A stretch of 32,080 bases of DNA, taken from a bacterium (GTDB lineage Bacteria > Hydrothermota > Tepidihabitantia > Tepidihabitantales > Tepidihabitantaceae). The notes beneath the pieces were generated by a model. It saw only the letters and a list, made by a program, of their open reading frames with translations, was not told where the DNA came from and searched no databases. This document shows positions 17,197 through 23,769 of the stretch, one piece after another (within the stretch, counting starts at the first letter, position 1; the number at the start of each line of letters is the position of its first letter). The DNA lies in the NCBI GenBank assembly GCA_046485285.1, contig JAWOHE010000040.1:1-32080 (forward strand). Direction: 5' to 3'. Both the position numbers and the translations under genes were made by a program.

Positions 17197-18176
17197 CCGA
17201 CCTCCCGCAGGTAACGCGCCGCGTCTTCGGGCGGCACCGGGTTGATGTAGAAGCCGGTACCGGCCTCGAACCCGGCGATCTTCGAGAGCTTGGGCAGGAT
17301 CTCGACGTGGAAATGGTAGTGTCCTTCGTCATCGCCGCAGGTCGGGCCGGCGTGGAAGACGATGTTGTAGTCGGGGCGACTCAGGGCACGGGCAATCCGA
17401 CCGATGACACTCTTGAGCAGCCGGGCCAGGTCGGCCAGCCGGGAGTCGTCGAGCGAGCCCCAACTCGAGTAGTGATCGCGTGCCACAACCCAGGTCTCGA
17501 ACGGGAACCGGGGCGCCCAGGGCGCGAATGCCACGAAACCGTCGTTCACGTCCACGAGCCGGGCGGCCTCCGTCAGCTCCTGCTTGACCATATCACAGAA
17601 CACGCAGCGGCCCCGGAAGTCGTGGTAGCGCCGAGCGCCGGCGATTTCCTCCTTCACCAGGACCGGGATCACCGGCGTCGCGATGAGTTGGGAATGGCTG
17701 TGACTCAGCGACGCGCCGGCACTGGCTCCCTCGTTCTTGAAGACCATTATGTAACGGATGCGCGCGTCCCTGCCGAGGTCTTCCGCGCGACTCTTGAAAG
17801 CGCGCAGGACCAGCTCGACCCTGTCCGGCGGCAGGTCGCTGAGTCGCTGCGAATGGTCGGGGGTCTCGACGATGACCTCGTGGGCGCCGATGCCGCTCAT
17901 CCGGTCGTAGATGCCTGATCCCTGCCGGATCGCCTCACCTTCGGTGACCAGCGCCGGAAACCGGTTCGGCACCACCCTGACCAGCCATCGCTCCCCCTCC
18001 GTGTAGCTCAGGACCTCGGGCGGGGTCATTGCCTCATTACCGGCGCAGAACGGGCAGGCGCGGCCCTCGGGCTCCGATGCCTCCGGCGGCGGTACGAAGT
18101 CCGAGGGCCGCCTGGCCCGCTCGGTCGCGACTATGACCCAGCGCCCGAGAACCGGGTCCTTGCGGAGCTCGGGCAC
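17187..18176 (-). CDS. galT: GalT-family nucleotidyltransferase (galactose-1-phosphate uridylyltransferase or ADP-glucose phosphorylase type)
   Basis: ELRKDPVLGRWVIVATERARRP, CPFC, VVPNRFPA, GAHEVIVE, GASLSHSHSQ, CVFC, YHFHVE, AGFEAGTG. Confidence 0.88.
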   Translation of the reverse strand: MPELRKDPVLGRWVIVATERARRPSDFVPPPEASEPEGRACPFCAGNEAMTPPEVLSYTEGERWLVRVVPNRFPALVTEGEAIRQGSGIYDRMSGIGAHEVIVETPDHSQRLSDLPPDRVELVLRAFKSRAEDLGRDARIRYIMVFKNEGASAGASLSHSHSQLIATPVIPVLVKEEIAGARRYHDFRGRCVFCDMVKQELTEAARLVDVNDGFVAFAPWAPRFPFETWVVARDHYSSWGSLDDSRLADLARLLKSVIGRIARALSRPDYNIVFHAGPTCGDDEGHYHFHVEILPKLSKIAGFEAGTGFYINPVPPEDAARYLREVGCS

Positions 18177-18179
18177 AGT

Positions 18180-20738
18180 CTAGTTCTGCGGCGCGGTGTC
18201 GTCCGGCTCCGGCAGTGGTGTCTCGCCGGGGAGCTCGAACAGGAAGTCCTCGGGAGTCATCAGGACTTCGATGTCGGCCGAGCCTCTCAGGTCGGCGACC
18301 AGCTGCGCGCGCAGGTCTTCGGTCTTCTGGCGGCGGAGCTTGCCCTCGATCTTGGGCATTACCTCGTCGAACGGCCGGGTGTAGGCCTGCTGACGCTCTT
18401 CGTTCTTGACAAACGTCCACGTCGAGTCATTCAGGCGGATCACCGGTGAGATCGCCCCGACGCCGATGCCAAAGACAGCGTCGACCAGCTTCTGGTCGCG
18501 GGACTTGTCGTCGCGGGAAAGCCAGCTCAGGTCGCCACCCGAGTGGCGCGTCGGCGCGGCGGAGAACCGACGGGCGACGTCCTCGAATGTCGCGCTGGCC
18601 GGGGCATCCTTGCGGGTGACCCTGATGAAAAGCTCGCCGTCCGCGGTCGCCAGCGGCCCGATGGTCGCACCGGGTTCGAGCCCGAGGAGCCGGCGCTGTT
18701 CCCGCGAAGCGAGCAGGTTGATCAGCCGGACGTAGGTGCCGAGCCGGGCATCATCAACGATAACCGCGCCCTCGGCGTCACGCTCCGGCGCGATGCCGAG
18801 AAGCGCCGCGAGCGCCTCTCCGTTCCGGGCCTCGACCAGTTCAGGAACGAACAGCGTGTCGGCCTGCGAGAAGTCATCGAAGGCGAAGGCGTGGGCACCC
18901 TCAGCCGCGAACGGGCCGGCAAGAGGACAGCGGTGCGCAAGGTCGGGCAGGAGGCGATTGGCCACCCTCAGGGTCGGGGTACCGGGCAGGATTGCACGGG
19001 GACGATCGGAGAACCCCCGGGCAGCAAGGAGAGTGTCCGGTTCGTCGTCGGCGAGCGCCGCGATGACGTCCTCGTTACCGTCCGGGGAGGTTACGAGCAG
19101 CGCTCGGCCGGCCAGCAGCGCGGGAAGCCTTCCGTTCCGAACCCAGCCGCGCAGCAGCTCGGCCCGGGCGCGGGTCGGGGCGGTGATTTCCCGGCCGCGG
19201 GCCCGTGCCGGGACCTTGAACTCATCGATGGTGGCATGGTAGTCGGCCTTCATCTCTGCCGTGTCGATGGTGACTCGGTCGGCGGTCATCGTCCGCGTGT
19301 AGTGGTCGACCAGCATCCGGGCTCGCCGCTCGAGCACCCGGCCGACAGCGGTGTTCCAGAGCCAGTCGTCATTTGCCTCGGCGTCGGTGAGGATGAGCTG
19401 TTCGAGCACCATCTGGTCGAGGATGCGACGCAGCCCCTCGGGGGTCTCGAACTGCGCGCGGAAGAACGCGGGTATCTGCTCGAGCCGGCGCGCCAGCTCG
19501 GCGGCGGTGATGGTGACGCCGTCAACCGATCCGATGACTTCGCGGCCTTCCTCGAGCGCCGCGGTGTCGATTATCACTGCCGCGTCCCGGCGAAGCTGTT
19601 CGCTTCGTTCCTCGTAGAGGCGGTTGGTCTTGTCCTGGCGAACCTGAACCGCGAGCTGGCTGCGGACCTCGGCATAGGGCCGGACCGTCTTCTTCGTCCG
19701 GTCGGTCACCCGAACGAGCGCCCAGCCGGTGTCGAGTCGGACCGGCTGGCTGACCTGTCCGGGCTTGAGTTTGAACGCCGCGTCCTCGATTGCCTTGTCG
19801 CGCATCCCGCGCGAGAAGAGGCCAAGGTCGCCGCCACGCTCCTGGTCCGAGGCGGTCGAGAACCGCGCGGAGAGGGTTTCCCAGGGCGGGGCGCCGGCGC
19901 CGAGCAGGAGCTTCCGAAGCGAGTCGGCGAGCTCCCGGCGCTCGACGACCAACTGCCAGCCGTGGACCTTCTCGGGCGTCGTGAATCTCGAGTCCCGGTC
20001 CCTGGCGTACTGCGCCCTGATTTCCTTCTCGGTCGGGTCGGCCCGGGAGGTGATGCGGTGGGCGTACCACTCCTCGAAGACGTAGCGGTTACGCATGTCC
20101 CAGTACTCGGACGCGAACGCGGGGTCGGCGGCCAGGTCGGCCTCGATCGCGGCGCGGTAGAGCAGGCGGTTGTCAATCATCGTGTCGAGCAGGAACTCCT
20201 TGCGTTCGTACTGCTCGTAGTTTGAGGGGTAGCGGCTGACGCGGTCGTCGAACTCGATGCGGGTGAGCGGGTAGCCGTCGACGTAGGCGACCCGGTCCTG
20301 ATAGTTCTTGCGGAAGCAGCGTTCGATCGCGTCAAGCGCGTCGCTGCCGAAGCGCGACTTCATGTGACGGGTGGCGACGACCTCGTAGTTCTGGGCGGCC
20401 TCGAGGTACTTCTCCTGGAGTTCCTGGGCCAGCGCGAGCCGGTAGACCAGGTCGGGATAAACCGGGTCCTTGGGGAACTCGGTGATGAGTTCCTGGTAGA
20501 CTGCCTCGGCGGCCGCCGGCTCGCCCCGCTTGTCGAGCAGGTAGTCGCCCTGCTCGAGCCGAACCGCGAGGCGGTCGGTCGGCCGGGTCGCTGCCCCGGC
20601 GAGCTCGTCTAGCAACTGCCCCGCGGCCTCGAAGTCGCGGGTGGCGTAGAGCCGGAAGAGGCTGTCCGGAAGCGGCGTCGCCGCGACGGCAAGCGTCGCG
20701 ACCACAGCGCAGAAGGCAATGGCGGCAGAGAGTCTCAA
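18180..20738 (-). CDS. Large SurA/PrsA-like chaperone with a TPR-like N-terminus and PpiC-type (parvulin) domains
   Basis: TTG start after AGGAGG, signal peptide and TPR-like helices. Two SurA-N-like segments (LLDTMIDNRLL; ILDQMVLEQLI) and parvulin motifs (RGGDLGLF...AAFKLKPGQVSQPV; SGGDLSWL...RPFDEV). Confidence 0.85.
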   Translation of the reverse strand: MRLSAAIAFCAVVATLAVAATPLPDSLFRLYATRDFEAAGQLLDELAGAATRPTDRLAVRLEQGDYLLDKRGEPAAAEAVYQELITEFPKDPVYPDLVYRLALAQELQEKYLEAAQNYEVVATRHMKSRFGSDALDAIERCFRKNYQDRVAYVDGYPLTRIEFDDRVSRYPSNYEQYERKEFLLDTMIDNRLLYRAAIEADLAADPAFASEYWDMRNRYVFEEWYAHRITSRADPTEKEIRAQYARDRDSRFTTPEKVHGWQLVVERRELADSLRKLLLGAGAPPWETLSARFSTASDQERGGDLGLFSRGMRDKAIEDAAFKLKPGQVSQPVRLDTGWALVRVTDRTKKTVRPYAEVRSQLAVQVRQDKTNRLYEERSEQLRRDAAVIIDTAALEEGREVIGSVDGVTITAAELARRLEQIPAFFRAQFETPEGLRRILDQMVLEQLILTDAEANDDWLWNTAVGRVLERRARMLVDHYTRTMTADRVTIDTAEMKADYHATIDEFKVPARARGREITAPTRARAELLRGWVRNGRLPALLAGRALLVTSPDGNEDVIAALADDEPDTLLAARGFSDRPRAILPGTPTLRVANRLLPDLAHRCPLAGPFAAEGAHAFAFDDFSQADTLFVPELVEARNGEALAALLGIAPERDAEGAVIVDDARLGTYVRLINLLASREQRRLLGLEPGATIGPLATADGELFIRVTRKDAPASATFEDVARRFSAAPTRHSGGDLSWLSRDDKSRDQKLVDAVFGIGVGAISPVIRLNDSTWTFVKNEERQQAYTRPFDEVMPKIEGKLRRQKTEDLRAQLVADLRGSADIEVLMTPEDFLFELPGETPLPEPDDTAPQN

Positions 20739-20778
20739 CGTACCTCCTGTTGTTTTGGTGTTCCGCCCAGCCGGCGCG

Positions 20779-21399
20779 TCACCGCGCGAGCTGCAGGGCG
20801 ATCATCATTACCGTACCGGCGAACACCGGTACCACTACGTTGTCGTTTACTTCAATCGGTAGAGCCTCGACGACCGAGGCCGAAACCGCCCCAAGGATAC
20901 CAATGGTCAGGGGCAGGTCAACCCCGGGCAGAACCGATACCAGCCAGGCGATGCCGAGGCAGGCGACGAGGCCGGCGAGCGTGCCCTCGAGAGTCTTGCG
21001 GAAGATGCGCAGCCGGCCGAAGGACAGCCCGACGATTGCCGCCAGCGTGTCACCGACGGCGAGGAACGAGATCGCGGCGATGAAGACGCCGCTGCCCTGT
21101 TCGACACTGGTCCCGAACGAACCGCCGCCGAAAGCGACCATGCAGACGAGCGAGGCGAGCATCAGGTAGCTGCCGCCGGTCAGCGACTTGTGTTCGCGCC
21201 GGCGAAGGAGCGAGCCGAAGAGGACGATGAATATGCTCCGGAAAGGGCTGAGGTGGAGCCGGGCATAGTCGATGGCGAGGAAGGCGATGGTGGCGGCCGC
21301 CATCGCGACGACCGCGAGCCGGTGCGGTAGCAGGTAGTACAGGAACGGGATTACTAGGGCGAACAGGTGGACGAACTTGCGTCCTGCCTCGGCGCCTAG
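20779..21399 (-). CDS. CTP-dependent isoprenoid/lipid kinase, SEC59/DGK1/VTE5 (cytidylyltransferase-like) family; start uncertain
   Basis: Multi-TM protein with GDTLAAIVG, KTLEG and NDNVVVP. The conserved N-terminal EAGRKFVH lies in frame upstream of the first ATG (21303), so the coding region extends to about 21399. Confidence 0.8.
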   Translation of the reverse strand, partial: LGAEAGRKFVHLFALVIPFLYYLLPHRLAVVAMAAATIAFLAIDYARLHLSPFRSIFIVLFGSLLRRREHKSLTGGSYLMLASLVCMVAFGGGSFGTSVEQGSGVFIAAISFLAVGDTLAAIVGLSFGRLRIFRKTLEGTLAGLVACLGIAWLVSVLPGVDLPLTIGILGAVSASVVEALPIEVNDNVVVPVFAGTVMMIALQLAR

Positions 21400-22322
21400 A
21401 ACTCGACACCCCCGGAGACCTGCTGGGCACTTCCGAGCTCGCGCGAGCCGGCGGCGTAGCCGCTGGCGTAGGCGTAGTCGATGTGGAGCCGTCGGTAGCG
21501 CAGGCCGAGGCCGAAGGTCAGGTTGCCTTCGTGCAGGCCGGCGCGGCCGAAGAGCACGTTCCGGAAAGCGTACTCGGCCCCGAGGTTGTAGGCCAGGCCC
21601 GGTTCCTCGATGCCGCCCTCGGCCTCGATCGCCAGGGTGAGTGCGTCCGAGCCGAGCCCGAAGGTCCGGCCCGCCCCGAGCGCGAAACGGGGCAGGACCA
21701 GCTCGCGCGTGCCGGTGCTCCAGAACAGCGGGGCCGCGCTGGCGTTGCGGGCCCGGAGACCAACGTCGACCCCCGCGCCCGGGCGAACCAGCAGGCCGAT
21801 GTCGATTCCCATCCCGAAGCAGTTGCCGACCCCGAGGTCCTGATAGATGACCTTGGCATTGCCGCCGACGGAAAGCTCGGGGATGATGGTCCGGGCGTAG
21901 TTGACGTAGCCGACGAGCTGGTTGGCGCTGACGACCCGGACCGTGTAGGGCCGGTTGTCCGGGCCGGGCGGCCGGGTTGAGTCGGGCAGGGCGGTGAGCC
22001 TGATGCCGGGAATGCCGTTGTGGAGGACGGCGACGCCGACCGACTGCCGCTCCGACGGGAACGCCGCGGCCAGGTAGTTGTGCTTGACCAGCCCGCTGAA
22101 GTCCTCCGAGTGCATGAACACGAGCCCGGCCCGGCCGGGCAGGCCGGCGCGCGCCGGGTTGTAGTAGATCGCGGCCGGGCCCAGCGACGTCGTGACGGCC
22201 GCGCCGCCCATTCCCAGCGAGCGTGCCGACGTGCCCAGTCGCTCGAAATCACCGGCGTACCAGGTCGCGGCCGACAGCGAGCAGAGCAGGGCAACCAGCG
22301 TGCAGGTCCTTGCGAGGCGCAT
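21396..22322 (-). CDS. PorV/PorQ-like outer membrane beta-barrel (FadL-like family)
   Basis: Signal peptide, SARSLGMGGA, AIYYNPA, GAEYAF...RAG, and C-terminal IDYAY...GVEF ending in Phe; AGGAGG RBS. Confidence 0.8.
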   Translation of the reverse strand: MRLARTCTLVALLCSLSAATWYAGDFERLGTSARSLGMGGAAVTTSLGPAAIYYNPARAGLPGRAGLVFMHSEDFSGLVKHNYLAAAFPSERQSVGVAVLHNGIPGIRLTALPDSTRPPGPDNRPYTVRVVSANQLVGYVNYARTIIPELSVGGNAKVIYQDLGVGNCFGMGIDIGLLVRPGAGVDVGLRARNASAAPLFWSTGTRELVLPRFALGAGRTFGLGSDALTLAIEAEGGIEEPGLAYNLGAEYAFRNVLFGRAGLHEGNLTFGLGLRYRRLHIDYAYASGYAAGSRELGSAQQVSGGVEF

Positions 22323-22341
22323 CGTTTCCTCCTGAATCCGG

Positions 22342-23628
22342 TCAGCTGTCCGGCAGGCGCCGGACCGTGCCGGTGAGTTCCTTCTTGAACGTCCGCCGGG
22401 GCGTGCTGTAGGTCGGGCGGATGACCGCGCCGACCCGGTACTCGCCGACCGGCACGAGCCGGCCCTCGTCGTCGAGACCGTCCCAGACTACCAGCACCTC
22501 GCCGGGCCGCTGGTCGTGGGGCGGCGTCAGCGTGCGCACGAGCCGGCCGGAGGCATCGGTTACCGCGATCTCGACGTCGGCGACTGCGGTGAGGTAGAGC
22601 GCGATGGTCGTGCCGGGCCGGCGCGAGTCGAACTCGCGGGGGTAGCAGCCGATGAGGTAGCCGTCGAGCCCGAGCCAGTAGTACTGCCCGCCCCCGGCCT
22701 CGTTGACGAAGAGCTGGCCGAAGCGGCGCCAGATGACCAGCCCGCGCGGCGAGTCGAGCGCGTCGGCGCCGCCGTAGGAGACGAGGTACTTGAGTTCCGG
22801 GTCGAAGACGTGAATCTGGTTGTTGAGCCGGTCGGTGACGTAGCTGTTGCCGTGGCGGTCGAACGCGACGTAGGCGAACTCGGCCTCGGTCAGCCCGAGC
22901 CGGCGGAAATCGACCTGGCGGAGCAGCCGGCCGGAGAGCGAGAACAGGCTCAGCCTGGTCCCGGCCCGGTCGACGACGACCGCCGCGTCGGTGCCGTACT
23001 GGTTGTAGGGCGCGTCGCGGTCGAGGACAGCGATGCCGGTCGGCCCCTCGAGTTCGCCCGACCAGGCCGCGCCCCGGGCGCCGGTTGAATCGAGGACCCG
23101 CACCCGGTCCGCGCCGGACTCCGTGATGTAGACCCGGCCCCGCGAGTCGAGGTCGACGCCCCAGGGCGCGGCGAGGTCCGCGTCCGGCACCGAGACCCAG
23201 CCGAGTCGGCCGTCGGCGTAGCGGAGGCGGACGACTCGGTCGTTTCCCGTGTCGGCGACGTAGACGTCGCCGGCCGGGTTGCAGGCGATTCCGTGCGGGC
23301 GGCTGAACCGGCCGGTGTCCGACCCGGTCGAGCCGTAGATGCGGGGTTCGAGCAACTTGACATTATAGACGACCTGTCCGGTCCCGGAGTTCACTCCAAA
23401 AAGCGTCAGGATGTGGTCGTCGCGGCCGGTCGTCGGGTCGTCCTCCTCGGTCATCTTCGCGCCGCACATTCCCTGCGGGTCGTCGGTCCGGAAGTCGGGG
23501 CCGAGGTAGAGCCGGAGGTAGTAGCGGCCGATGCGTTGGAAGCCCATCGTGTGACTGAACGGGGGCGTGAGCAGGGCCGTTGTCTGGCCGGCGGCAAGGA
23601 GGGCGAGCACGAGGGCGAGGGGACTCAT
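22342..23628 (-). CDS. NHL-repeat beta-propeller protein with C-terminal FlgD-Ig domain
   Basis: FSRPHGIA...VYVADTGNDRV, PWGVDLDSRGRVYITE, YVTDRLNNQIHVFD; C-terminal GRLVRTL...WDGLDDEGRLVPVGEY. Start is ATG 23628 or GTG 23631. Confidence 0.85.
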   Translation of the reverse strand: MSPLALVLALLAAGQTTALLTPPFSHTMGFQRIGRYYLRLYLGPDFRTDDPQGMCGAKMTEEDDPTTGRDDHILTLFGVNSGTGQVVYNVKLLEPRIYGSTGSDTGRFSRPHGIACNPAGDVYVADTGNDRVVRLRYADGRLGWVSVPDADLAAPWGVDLDSRGRVYITESGADRVRVLDSTGARGAAWSGELEGPTGIAVLDRDAPYNQYGTDAAVVVDRAGTRLSLFSLSGRLLRQVDFRRLGLTEAEFAYVAFDRHGNSYVTDRLNNQIHVFDPELKYLVSYGGADALDSPRGLVIWRRFGQLFVNEAGGGQYYWLGLDGYLIGCYPREFDSRRPGTTIALYLTAVADVEIAVTDASGRLVRTLTPPHDQRPGEVLVVWDGLDDEGRLVPVGEYRVGAVIRPTYSTPRRTFKKELTGTVRRLPDS

Positions 23629-23637
23629 CACCAACTG

Positions 23638-23714
23638 ATGTTAGCCCGCGTCGGTGTCCAGTCAAGGAAGCGGCCTCGGCGGGGATTGACTCGGCGCGGC
23701 CGGCCGGGTAGATT
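23638..23714. promoter_or_regulatory. Divergent promoter pair (NHL operon and Asp-box propeller gene)
   Basis: Minus: TTGACT(23665-23660)-N16-TAACAT(23643-23638). Plus: TTGACT(23686-23691)-N17-TAGATT(23709-23714). Confidence 0.6.
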
Positions 23715-23769
23715 CTTAGACAGGCGGCCGGCCCGGCCGGCCGAACGGATCGAACGAAAGGAACACTCG

